Both the position numbers and the translations under genes were made by a program. A stretch of 64,000 nt of DNA from Mobula hypostoma (taxonomy: Eukaryota). How positions within the stretch are numbered: the first letter of the stretch is position 1; each line of letters starts with the position of its first letter. The notes under the pieces were generated by a model that was not told the origin of the DNA, ran no database searches, and was given only the letters and a program-made list of their open reading frames with translations. Where the stretch lies: contig NC_086108.1 of NCBI RefSeq assembly GCF_963921235.1, forward strand, positions 56,050,001 to 56,114,000, in the 5' to 3' direction. This document shows positions 25,800 to 38,272 of this stretch, in pieces.

Positions 25800-26299
25800 G
25801 ACATGGTAGAAGTGTAGCCCATTCACTTCAAGATTCAATCTGTTGTGCACTCAGAGATGCTCTTCTGCACACTCCTGTTGTAACGTGCAATGTGAGTTAC
25901 CATCGCCTTCCTGTCAGCTTGAACCAGTTTGGGCATTCTGCCCTCTCTCATCAACAAGACAGTTTTTCCCAAAGAACTGCAACTCACCTGATGTTTTTTT
26001 TTGTTTTTCACACCATCCCCTGTAATCTCTGGAGTCTGCTGTGTGTGAAAATCCCAGGAGATCAACAGTTTTGAGATACTAAACCACCTCATCTGGTACC
26101 AACAAACATTCCCAGTCAAAGCCAATTACTGTAGATCACATTTCTTCCCCCTTTTGATGTTTGGTCTGAACAACAACTGAACTTCTTAACTATATCTGCA
26201 TGCGTTCATGCATTGAATTGCTGTCACATGATTGGCTGATTAGTTATTTGCATCAATGAGCAGGTGTACACGTGTGCCTAATAAAGTGACCACTGAGTG
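25800..26299 (-). mobile_element. Tc1-like transposon fragment
   Basis: Reverse-strand DRKAMVTHIARYNRSVQKSISECTT (Tc1 HTH region). TIR-like end cctaataaagtgaccactgagtg. Confidence 0.78.
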
Positions 26300-26309
26300 T
26301 GTACGTATA

Positions 26310-26540
26310 TTATTTATACATGTATATAATTAAATACGTAGTGCAAAAATAGTAAGGTAGTATTCATGGCTTTGTTCATAGTTTGTTCAAAAATCTGATG
26401 GTGAAGGAGAAGAAGCTGTTTGTAAAATGTCTTTAGGCACTTGTACCTCCTCCCTGATGGTATCAATGAGAAGAGAGCATGTCCTGGGTGATGAGGCTCC
26501 TTAATAAAATATGTTGCTTTCAAGTGAAGCATGTCCTGTT
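26310..26540 (-). mobile_element. Rex1/Babar 3' fragment
   Basis: ORF 26314..26532 contains IKEPHHPGHALFSLIPSGRRYK. Confidence 0.75.
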
Positions 26541-26977
26541 ATATGCACGCATAGGGCAATTCCTATTGCCGAATTTAAAATAAAATAATAACTGGGCCCA
26601 GAACACACACGCTCTTATGACTCAAACATAGTTTTATTTTATTTGTGCACAAGTAGAACAGCATAGCCGTTCCAAAGGCAGGAGAGAAAACTACTTTCTA
26701 AGTAGTATTGGCTTTTCAGTTATGGATTTTGACCATTGTTTAAATTGCTTACTTGCAAGATCAATCACCATTCACAATAGAGATGTTAAAAGTCAATCGA
26801 AGCTTCAAGCTGACAACTGATGACACTTTGAAGTCAGTAAAGCAATTGTCCTTTAGTTGTTGGGTGTGTTGCTCACCCTTCCGCTATTCCTATCTCGCTA
26901 TCTCCGGCAGCCCCTGCTGTTTAAAGGGAAGCTATGTTCTTCTCAGTTGGTGAAACAGTGCCACAGTCATTCTAACC

Positions 26978-27870
26978 CAGTGGTCCCCAACCACCGGGCC
27001 ACAAGGCATGTGCTACCGGGCCACGAGGAAACGATATGATTTGGCGATATGAAATGATATGAGTCAGCTGCACCTTTCCTCATTCCCTGTCACGCACTGT
27101 TGAATTTGAACGCACGAGAGGTCATCAGTGACCCAAGACGCAAATGACCTAAGACGTGCAAAGGAATGGTCCGTGACCCATTTGTGAATGTCCCCGCTGA
27201 ATCATCCACATCAGCACAGGAAAAAGATCAACTCCTCGAGCTTGCAAATGACGGTGGGCTGAAAAGTATGTTTGACATAACATCTCTGCCGGCATTCTGG
27301 ATCAAAGTCAAGGCTGAATATCCTGAGATAGCCACAAAAGCACTGAAAACGTTGCTTCCATTTCCAACATCACATCACTGTGAAGCGGAGTTTTCTCCAA
27401 TGAATGCAACAAACCTAAATTGCCGAATAGACTGGACATAAGGAACCCCCTTCGAGTATCGCTGTCTCCCATCACCCCTCGATAGGACTGTCTTGTTGCA
27501 GGGAAACAAGCCCAGGGCTCCCACTGATTCAGTGATATTGGTGTGTTGCAATGATTTTATATGTTCATACAAGGAAAATATGTGCTGTGTGTTTAATATC
27601 CAAACATTACTTAAAATGTTATGATGCTATTGACTTATAATTGACTTATCAATATTCATGCGAGGAAAATATGCGCTGTGTTTAATATTAAATTTGTTAG
27701 AAAAACCCTTTTAGAAATGAAATTGAGTGTTTTAGCCACTTATAAGTGACTTATTGTTGATTTATCAACTATATTCCGGTCCGGATTAACACCCACCCGC
27801 CGATCGGCTGGTCCGCAAGAATTTTAATATTAAACCGGTCCACGGTGCAGAGAAGGTTGGGGGACCCCTG
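26978..27870 (+). mobile_element. Internally deleted hAT (Charlie/Buster) element retaining the dimerisation-domain coding region
   Basis: TIRs cagtggtccccaacc / ggttgggggacccctg, with tctaacc on both flanks. ORF 27166..27441 has FWIKVKAEYPEIATKALKTLLPFPTSHHCEAEFS. Confidence 0.9.
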
Positions 27871-29399
27871 TTATCTAACCCATCTGTATGCAATGGGCAA
27901 GATTAACGCCAATGGTCTCACTTCCAACCTTTCCCTTTTCTGGGTTTGACAACACACTGGCGCAGTCCTCCTCTCCTGGCCATTTTCTTTAACCCCTGCC
28001 TTACCAGAACTTCCACACCCTCTCTTCTTTGTCCTGTAGAGGACAACATAAATCTTACTGAATTTCAACAGAGCAGTCTCTGAAGCTCCATGACAGTTTC
28101 ATCCCAGACAGTTGGCCGTTAATGCCAAGGACGTACTTACAACATTCCTGGTGAATAATGGCACAAGTAGCACCTCTCTTTGACAACAGAAAGTCTAGTG
28201 CTAGCCAATTTTGGGGCACAACGTGAATTGCCAGCACTTTGGCAGTCATGTCATTGAAGGCCTGGCTCATGTCATGTATCGCTAAGGCTGTGTTAGTGGC
28301 CAGTTTCTCCAGCGGTGCTGAGGCCATGTTAAGGCTTTTATGAGCCAGCCTGGCAGATTCCACAGTTGTAGGAGCATTACACTTCAGAAACACCCAATGG
28401 AATATAGAGAGAGAGTGAGCAGATGGTACCATGTAATCCAGATAACAACAACTCTTCCATGGCCTTGGTTTAGGCCAAAGATCCTATGTTAGAATGGGTA
28501 CTCCTGGCAGCCAGTGATAGGCTTGTCAACCACATACCCAGTAAGTAACATTAATGGGTTTGGAGGGTCACCAGGCATTGCATGTACTGTTACCTAAGCC
28601 TAGTCCCAACCCTTGATTGTTACAGTAACGTACTTCACCCCTATCACCATGAAGCAGTTTCAGCATAGGGGATTTATGCAATCATTGTAAGTAGGTTGAT
28701 CCCAACCCTCAAAGCAGTCGCATTAGCGAGAGCTGTTCCGATAGGCAGTGCTGTCCCCTACTCCCTGTACAGTACTAGTTTTGTTATCAAAGTGAAACAC
28801 AAAATCAAAATCTCAACGATTCAGGAGTACTAGCTGTATTGGCAAGTCACCTTCTGGATGCATAGATGCTCTCTAGAGCACACCCAGCAACCTGACCAGC
28901 AGGTCCACGACGCATATTCATAACTAAGAAGAAGAAAAGTGCTAAGAGTATTACTGTCTTGAGTTAATTCTGCATTTAGGCAGAAAAGAGATGTCCAGAT
29001 TATCCAAAACATATAATGCAGTGATTACTTATGGTGGCAAATAGCAAAGATCACGATTTCAGAATCAGAATCAGAATCAGGTTTATTATCATCGGCATGT
29101 CTCGTGAAATTTGTTAACTTAGCAGCAGCTGTTCAATGCAATACATAATATAGAAGGGAAAAAGTAAGTCCTTATCATCAACGTTCTTCTGGTTACCTGT
29201 TCCCTGGTCCAGTGACACTCCTGGCTCAACGTGTGTCCACGTTGGCTTTCCTTGGACCTTTAAAGTAGTTTACGTGGTCAGTGACATTTGGAATGGATCT
29301 TTCCAGCTGAGCTCCGGGCAGCTCTTTCGTTGGTAGGCTCTCACCAGTACCCAATGTCCTGGCTGGTAGGTGTGGCACAACCTTCTGGGCTTTATGTAC

Positions 29400-30225
29400 T
29401 GTTACGTACCCCATAACTGGGTTGCCAAACCAGCAGAAATGGTCCACTTAGTTGGAGTCTGGATTACTGGAACTAAGAAAGTTTTATTAAAGAAATAAGT
29501 AACACAGTACTCTAATAGTAAGGATATAAGTGCAACAGGTTAGCAATGGTAAAACATACATGTACACAGAACTAGGATAATAGGAATCAATCAAGCTCTA
29601 TTGCAGTCTAGGGGTAAAATGATCAGTCTCAAGTGACGCAGAGTTCAGTTCAGCTCAGTACAGTTCGCAGTAATTGTTGTGCCGTTGGAGAGAGAGAGAG
29701 AGCGAATATGCAAATTTCCTGAATCAAAACAGACCTTTGATGTTCCTCGCAGTAAGCTTCCGGGCAAGCCCTTTTGCTGTCTTCTGAGGTCACCGACTGT
29801 GACCCCTCCGTTCCAGATACGATCGTCCTTCCACGGTGAACCCGGCACCCAGGCAAGGGCGGACACACACACCAGGTTCCCGCCGATCGTACCTTTTCAC
29901 CCTGTGCGTCTATGGTCGGTCCCGCGACCAGACCTCCAAAACTCCCACCAACTTGTGGGGGCACACTGCACTTCCAGGGTCTTGTTATCTCGTGATCTCG
30001 TGGTGTCTGTCTTGCCTTAGTGAACCTGTTCCTTTAATCCCCCTGCTGGGGTATCGCCTGTCCATCAAACTTCAAACAGTTCAGGTTCAAAGCAACCGGT
30101 CTGACAATACTTGGAACTGTGTCTCTTTTCGTTAATCTCTCTCGTCTCTCATTAACATTTGGAATGTTTCTCTCTTTGTCTCTGTTATCAGCATCAATCT
30201 TCTGATAACTTGGTCTTTTGTCACA
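29400..30225 (-). mobile_element. 826-bp solo LTR inserted into the ERV
   Basis: tgttac...gtcaca termini, 4-bp TSD gtac (29396-29399 and 30226-30229), AATAAA on the minus strand near 29485, CpG-rich. Confidence 0.85.
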
Positions 30226-32119
30226 GTACTTGTTGATGGAAATCTTTAAGAGCTTATGTTAGTGCTATATAATAATGCAACACGCATCCACTCATAATAT
30301 AGATGTCCATCTGCTTAATTAAAAAGTGAGGGGTGACTGGCAAATGCTTGGGACGTCCAAAAACTATCTCATGTGGAGATAGGCCTGTTATGCAGTTCGG
30401 AGCACAACACATTGTCATAAGGGCCAGTGGAAGCACTTCTGGCCACTAGCTTGGTCTTGTCTTGCAAAGTGCTGACCTGCATTTCAGGGTCCCATTTTGT
30501 CTTTCTGCTGTTGCGTAGGACTGGGGGTGGTAAGAGCAGGTGAAACAATAGTTACACTACAAGGCTTTTGTCACTCCTAAATAACTTTGCCGATAAAGTG
30601 AGGACGTTATCATGAGATTTTCTCAGGAATCCCAAACCTAGGAATACATTATCATAATAAAAAATTATCAATAGTTATGGAATCATGTCTTGGAGTTGGA
30701 TAAGCTTTAATCCATAGTGATGAAAAAACAAAATAAGAATTGCATAAAGTCCATTTGGAGATGTACAAATGATTCCCAGGGGAGGACCCAGCAGGGGCAG
30801 ATACCACCAGTGTCATTCAGGATTGTCTCTAGCAAATCATACATTTGCTGCTACTTTTCTTGCTATGATCAACAATCTCTCATTTTTGATTATACCTATC
30901 ATCCTTTATAGTCTTGCACGTAGTGTGCTTTAGTCCATAACATCTGTTCAATCACTGACATATCACGCTGTAATTGTACTAGTTCATTAAAAGAATTTGG
31001 AATGTATTGGCAGCCTGATCACACTGGAGTGCTAGGTGGCCGTAAAGATCTGCAGTTGCTGGCTTAGCAAAGGAGTCAGCTGGTTTGTTCCCTCTGGTTA
31101 TTTCATCCTTCCTGTAAATATGAGCCATAAAGTTTATAATATCAATTAAGGTCAGTAATTTAAAAGCACGAAAAGATTCATACTCAGTCCACTGTATTTT
31201 ATCAGAGTCCCGAAGGGGTGAGCAACCCATGTAGTCCATTGTCATGTGCTACTACCCAGGCATACCAAGATTCAATATAATTATTTACAGTAGCACTAGC
31301 TGCGAGGATGTAGGCTTTTGTTAAGGTAAAAAGGTTCAGTTGCTTGAGTAGAACAGAAGGGAAGGCAGTTGCACCACACCAGCTACTACACGAGGTGTAC
31401 ACATCACCTTTGCATTAAAATTTTTCCTGGTGTCAGAGCAGGAGGAAAGCTTGTCAAAGAAAAATTACTGAGGGCTTCCATCAGGTGGAATTTTAAAACA
31501 GGCAGAATTAGATTCATGTAAGCTCTGAAGTACAGTTCGGAAACAGATGATTTAAACTGCGTAGTCTATGGTGCTGGTGGAGGTAGCGACAGAAACTGTT
31601 ATCACAATTTCCTTGGCCTGAGGGCATCTTCGAGATTAGTGGCCAGGCTGTCCACAAACAAAAGCTTAGCACTTCTGGACACCACCATGTCCACTGTCCC
31701 ATGTTCGTGATTATTGAATCTAAAACTGTAAAACCCATACCCTTAGAATAGTATTATCTAATCAACTATGCTGTTCAAAACAACAATTACCTGTTACAAT
31801 TGGGTCGTATGAGCCATATCTGTATAAAGCAGGTAAGTTTAAAAATGAAGTTTATGGTGAAATTTTATGGAGAAGTTAATATTGGTCACTGTCAATTTGG
31901 TTAAGTATAAAACAAAGCTGTGAGTTAAAATAACATTCAAATTGTATAGTTCCAACATTGCAATAATTGTGAGCAACTTATGATATTACCCAGAGGCTAT
32001 GGTGGAGCAGCCCGGGAAGTCTCACGCAAGTGTTGTCCTCATTCTCCTGAACAGTTTTAATCCTTTGATGTTGTAATTGCTTTTGACAATCTTGTAAAAC
32101 ACTGGAAATTTTACTTAAC

Positions 32120-32467
32120 TGAAGGACCCCCTGCACCCAGGGCATGCCCTTTTCTCACTGTTACCATCAGGTAGGAGGTACAGAAGCCTGAAGGCACACA
32201 CTCACTCAGCGATTCAGGAACAGCTTCTTCCCCTCTGCCATCCGATTCCTAAATGGACATGGAACCCGTGAACACTAACTCACTTGTTTAATATATATTA
32301 TTTCTGTTTTGCATGATTTTTAATCTATTCAATATACACATACTGTAATTGATTGATTGATTTGTTTGTTTTTATTATTATGTATTGCATTGGACTGCTG
32401 CTGCTAAATTAAAAAATTTCACAACACATGCCAATGATAATAAACCTGATTCCCATTCTGACTCTGA
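32120..32467 (+). mobile_element. Rex1/Babar 3' end inserted in the ERV
   Basis: gcacccagggcatgcccttttctcactgttaccatcaggtaggaggtac (HPGHALFSLLPSGRRY), aataaa and an attctg-like tail. Confidence 0.85.
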
Positions 32468-33268
32468 TCATCTCATATAAGTAACAGTATACGTTTTCCT
32501 TTAATCTAGGTTGCAACTTATTTACAATAACATTTGTTAAGACAGGTGTCACAGCTTGTCAATTTAATCCAAGATACTTTTGAAAAAGTCTACGCATGCT
32601 TTCTACATATTCATTAATATCATTGCCTCCTCTCTGACACTTTTATTCATGCCAATCTACAGCGCGAGGGAAACTTTTTACTAGGTCTTCTACCAAATCA
32701 GCTCAAGGTTTATTTAAATCAACATTTCTCTCATTGCCCCTCTGTACTCCTCCGTCTCCCATCTACTATCGTGCTAATGGAAACCACAACCTGTGGCAGT
32801 GCACTGGCTGACTCCGACCTTGCTGAGCGGCACGGGCCTTGTTGAAACCGTGCCTGGGGAAGGCAAGTTATAGTCATCTAGTTCATCCTCAGTCTCCAGT
32901 GCCAATTGTTTATTTTCAGACACTGAGGTAGATGCTATTATCCTTTACCTGTTCTTTCTGTGTCTTTTTCTTCCCTAAATTTTCCTCACATTCTCTGCAT
33001 TTTTACAGGATTCATCTCACCATTTTTGCATTTCACTTCTACATTGTACAATCACAGGCCTCCCTACAGTCTTCTCACATTTTCCTTTCTCTAACAACAC
33101 ACTTGCAGACACTCACTTAGTCCATTCCTCCAATACAATATACTCCTCAACATGCTGAATGCTTTCTGGTCCATAATGTGCAAACATGCACCCAACTGGA
33201 GTCCTTTAGAGGGCTGGGTCAGGGGACATTCACATGACCATTTATGCAGACATGCACACAGACACACA

Positions 33269-36200
33269 TGTTGTGTATTTAATATTTCAGTAAAATTTGA
33301 GTAATATTGTAAATATGTTGTTTAATTAAGCAGTCTTTTTCATTTAAATTATTCATTAATGGGTTATATATAAAAATATGTGAATTGCATACATCATAAT
33401 GCTGTTACATGACATGCACGCACCTTGCTTAAAAGAAAGTTAGACTTGCAATCCTGGCTCTCTTGTCTTCTTTTCAATTAGTGTTTTTTTAAGTTTTGGA
33501 GTTACAAAACATTACAATGGCAACTAGGACATTTAAAACAAACCTGAGACAGCTACTTACTAACTAAAGTGCAGAGAGATGTTCAAGTTAAAAAAAAAGC
33601 AAGGAATAGTTGAGTGAAAAAAACAGGGCAACATAAAGGGACACACATGAAGGCATAGAAATGATCGAGTTTTTTAAAAAAAGGCAGAAAATGAACAGTC
33701 ATGGGTGATAATAATCATAATCATTTTGGAGAGGCATAATATGATTACGAATAGTCAGCATGGCTTTGTCAAAGACAGGTCGTGCCTTACGAACCTGATT
33801 GAATTTTTTGAGGATGTGACTAAGCACATTGATGAAGGTAGAGCCATAGATGTAGTATATATGGATTTCAGCAAGGCATTTGATAAGGTACCCCATGCAA
33901 GGCTTATTGAGAAAGTAAGGAGTCATGGGATTCAAGGGGACATTACTTTGTGGATCCAGAACTGGCTCGCCCACAGAAGGCAAAGAGTGGTTGTAGATGG
34001 GTCATATTCTGCATGGAGGCCGGTGACCAGTGGTGTGCCTCAGGGATCTGTTCTGAGACCCCCTTCTCTTTGTGATTTTTATAAATGACCTGGATGAGGA
34101 AGTGGAGGGATGGGTTAGTAAATTTGCTGATGACACAAAGTTTTGGGGTGTTGTGGATCGTGTGGAGGGCTGTCAGAGGTTACAGAGGGACATTGATAGG
34201 ATGCAAAGCTGGGCTAAGAAGTGGCAGATGGAGTTCAATCCAGATTAGTGTGAGGCGGTTCATTTTGGTAGGTCAAATATGATGGCAGAATATAGTATTA
34301 ATAGCAAGACTCTTGGTAGTGTGGAGGATCAGAGGGATCTTGGGGTCCGAGTCCATAGGACACTCAAAGCTGCTACATAGGTTGACTCTATGGTTAAGAA
34401 GGCGTACGGTACATCGGCATTCATCAATTGTGGGATTGAGTTTGAGAGCCGAGAGTTAATGTTGCAGCTATATAAGACCCTGGTCAGACCCCACTTAGAG
34501 AACTGTGCTCAGTTCTGGTTGCCTCACTACAAGAAGGACATGGAAACCATAGAAAGGGTGCAGACGAAATTTACAAGGATGTTGCCTGGATTGGGGAGCA
34601 TGCCTTATGATAATAGGTTGAGTGAACTCGGCCTTTTCTCCTTGGAGTGACGGAAGATGAGAGGTGACCGGATAGAGGTGTATAAGATAATGAGAGGCAT
34701 TGATCGTGTGGATAGTCAGAGGCTTTTTTCCCCAGGGATGAAATGGCTAGCAGAAGAGGGCGTAGTTTTAAGGTGCTTGGGAGTAGGTACAGAGGAGATG
34801 TCAGGGGTAAGTTTTTTACGCAGAGAGTGGTGAGTGTGCAGAATGGGCTGCCTGTGCCAGTGGTGGAGGCGGAAATGATAGGGTCTTTTAAGAGATTCCT
34901 GGATGGATACATGGAGCTGAGAAAAATAGAGGGCTATGGGTAAAGCCTAGGTAGTCCCAAGGTAGGGACATGTTCGGCACAGTTTTGTGGGCCGAAGGGC
35001 CTTTATTGTGCTGTAGGTTTTCTATGTTTCTGTGTTTCTATTTAAAAAAGAGCAGAATGGCTGACTACATTAGAAAGATTGACACATTTGATTATGCAAC
35101 AGATAACTGCATATTGTATACTAACTGAATCAAGATTGTTTTAAAGCAAATGAGAAGCAAGTGCAGTTTTGCTGAGTGCATTGGATTTAACAGAATACAG
35201 TTTGCTTAGATGTCTTAACTTCTCCAATTCAAACCAGCAGAAATGAGATTTTCTGATATCATGGAAGTAATGTTGGAATATTTTAGAAGTGAAACCATTG
35301 TTAATTGCAGAATGTTTTAGATTTTGTAAGTGCAATCAAAAGGAAGGGTGTCCATTCTAACCTACATGGATGAATTGAAGAGATTGAGCATTGTTAGTTC
35401 AGTAATGGGCTTAATAATTCACTGAGAGATTGTTTAGTTTGTGGAATCTTATATGAAAGCATTCAAAAATGGCTCTTAACTGAAGCACAACTTACATTGA
35501 AAGGAGCAGTTGAAATCACTGTTTCAATGGAAACAATAGACAGAGATACAACTGAGTTGCAGTCAGGAATGAAAGTGATCATGAACAAAATTGCAATGTC
35601 TAAACAGAGACTGGTCTGGCCGAACAAATTATGTTAGCGTTGTGGCAAGGGCTCGTATACACCAGACCAATGTAGACTTAAAAGCAAAACTTGCAGAAAG
35701 TGCAACAAAGTAGGACACATGCAAAGAGTATGTCAGCCAGACAAAAGTAAATGGACTGCAAAGGGAAGAGAGAAAGATAATAAATCAAGTTGTAATTTCA
35801 AAAAGAACACTAATCTGCACGCTATTGGTGATGCAGGACTGCATAGCCTTGAGATTTACTACGCGAAGACTAAGAATAGACCAGCTATATGGCTTACAGC
35901 AAAAGTGAACAAATTAAAATCGAATTGCACACTGGCTCTGCTGTTTCAGTCATTCCACAAAATGAATTTGAGCAGCATTTCAAAAATACTAAACTGAAAC
36001 CTGCAGATATACAACCAAGAACCTATAATGGAGAAAAGATAACTCCTGCGGGAATGACATTTCCCACAGTGAAATACAACAACCAAAATCAACAACCCAC
36101 ATTGGACTTCTATGTAGTAAAAACAGGAGGACCATCATTGTGGGGATATGATTGGCTGAGACAACTACAACTTGATGCATCTACCATTTACATGCCACAA

Positions 36201-37827
36201 CTCCTATAAAAGAGTCAACTGAGAGCATTTTAAGAAAGGTATAGGATGATGCCTCAGCAGTGTTCAGTGATGGCATTGGAAATCACAATCATATCAAGGG
36301 TAAAATAGTGTTAAATGAAAATGCCACACCCAAGTTTTACAAAACCCGTCTTGTTCCTTATATCATCTGCGGGAAAGTAGCCAATGAGCTAGATCGCATA
36401 GAGGCTGAAGGAATTCTTTCCGAAGTTCAGTGGAGCCCATGGGTAATGCCAGTGTCCCAGTAGCCAAGAAGAATGGGTCTGTCAGGATCTGTGGTGATTT
36501 TAAGATCACCATCAACCCACTACTGGAAGTAGATCAATACCCTCTACCCAGGATAGAAGATACCTTTGAAACCTTTCAGGAGGAAAACACTTCATCAAAG
36601 TTGACTTAGCTGAGGCCTATCTACAGATGGAGATGGAAGAAGAGTCCAAAGCGTTCCTCACCATAAACATGCATAAAGGGATTTGTCACGATAACAGGCT
36701 TATTTTTTTGAGGAGCACCTGCACCTACACTCTGGCAGAAAGCTGTGGACAAAGTGGCTGCAAGGCTGTCCAGGCACGCAGTATTACCTGGATGATATCA
36801 TTGTTACTGGTGAGGATGACAAAGAACATCTCCAAACTCTCAAGAGAGTGTTAAAAAGATTAGAAGATTATGTGCTCAGAGCATGATGTGACAAGTTTGA
36901 ATTATTTAAACCAAACATCACGTTATTGATGCACAAGGATTGCACAAGTTTTGAGAAGTTTTGAGAAAATTGAAGCAGTGTCGGATGCCCCAAAGCCAAA
37001 GGACATATCACAGTTGCGATCCTTTTTAGGTTTTGTCAATTATTATAACAGATTCCTGCCAAACCTGGCCACTGTTCTCTAACCCTTGAACTCATTACGA
37101 CAGACTGGGAAGAAATGGCAATGAACAAAGCAGTGTGAGGTGTCCTTACCAAAAGTTAAAGGAAATAGTGATGTCAGACACGGTTCTCACACAGTGTGAT
37201 GCACATCGTCCTTTGAAGCTTGCCATGCACGGTTCAAGATGCCAATACATCCAGAAGAAAGATGTCCAGAGCTGTCAGAATCACTGCCATGAAAGTTAAC
37301 CCCTGCAATCACCACAGAGGAGGCCCCAGGGCCCGAGGTTGTTTCACATCCATAGGTCTCACCTGCCAAGCAGATTGATCCCGCTTATCTGGAAAGACAT
37401 TATCCCACAAGAGTAAGAAATCTTCCACAACAATTATATCTTTAGGCCTGAATGAGACAATTTAAAATTTCCTATGCTATGGATGTCTGTATAATAATTG
37501 TACTTTATAGTATACTATATACTTAAGTTGAGATGCATTCTATATTGAGTTGGAGTTTAAGGCGAAGGAGTGAGGAGTGTTGTGCATTTAATATTTCAGT
37601 AATATTTGAGTAATATTGTAATCATATTGTTTAATTGAGCATCTTGTTTGTTTAAATAATTCATTACAGCTTATATGTAAAAACACATGAATTGCATATG
37701 TCATAATGCTACCATGTAAGGGATGCGCACCTCAATTAAAGTAAAACTTCTAATACACGAGTTGTCTCCCGGCTCCCTTGTTTTCTTTCCAAATAATTTT
37801 TAGATCTTGGAGTTTCAAAACATAGCA
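33269..37827 (+). mobile_element. Ty3/Gypsy LTR retrotransposon with two LTRs, pseudogenised gag-pol and integrase deleted
   Basis: LTRs 33269-33516 and 37578-37827 (TG...CA), 5-bp TSD acaca, PBS-like tggcaactagg at 33518, PPT ggagtgaggag. Zn-knuckle CRKCNKVGHMQRVC, protease LHTGSAVS, RT RICGDFK and YLDD, and LRSFLGFVNYY. Confidence 0.93.
33717..35040 (+). mobile_element. Young 5'-truncated CR1 LINE inserted in the Gypsy leader
   Basis: ORF 33705..34088 (QHGFVKDRSCLTNL, YMDFSKAFDKVPH, GVPQGSVL), KFADD, LVRPHLE and a (tttctatg) tail. Confidence 0.95.
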
Positions 37828-37989
37828 ACACACATTGTGGAATCATTTTTTTTTACCAACACACTTACCTGAGAGCAGTAAGCGTAAAGGAGTTGGGGAC
37901 TTGCTGTTCTGGTTAACAACGGATGGTGCAATCCTGCTCATATTATGATTGAGGAATGTGTTTGTAGCCTGGTTATTGAACTTTTTGCT

Positions 37990-38272
37990 GTTGGACTCCA
38001 ACCATATTCCACCAAGATACAACACTGGCCGTCATGGGAGGTTGTTCCTGCCTGTGGCCATCAAACTTTGCAGCTCCTCCCGTGGAGGGTCAGACACCCT
38101 GAGCCAATGGGCTGGTCCTGGACTTATTTCCATCTGGCATAGTTTGCATATTGTTATTTGATTGTTTGTGGTTTTTGTATTGCTATATTTATGCTCCATT
38201 CTTAGTTGGTACAGCTGTAACGAAACTCAATTTCCCTCGGGATCAATGAAGTATGGCTATGTCTATGTCTAT
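37990..38272 (+). mobile_element. 3' end of the same LINE family as 21615-22558
   Basis: Shares ttcctgcctgtggccatcaaacttt...ggagggtcagacaccctgagccaat and has a (TATGTC)n tail. Confidence 0.85.

Larger units (their letters stand above)
27880..33268 (-). mobile_element. Decayed endogenous retrovirus (gamma/epsilon-like) with RNase H, integrase and env remnants
   Basis: env TM QNWLALDFLL...CAIIHQECC (immunosuppressive domain plus CX6CC) in ORF 28055..28432. Integrase YHPQS and LPLALM...TGLSPHEIVFGRP. RNase H remnants YIESWYAWVVAHD and GNKPAD. Many stops; LTRs not identified. Confidence 0.85.

Noticed and set aside
25451..26074. Longest ORF in the track (207 aa, +)
   Set aside because: Its 3' half is the antisense of a Tc1 fragment, and it shows no recognisable domain or exon structure.
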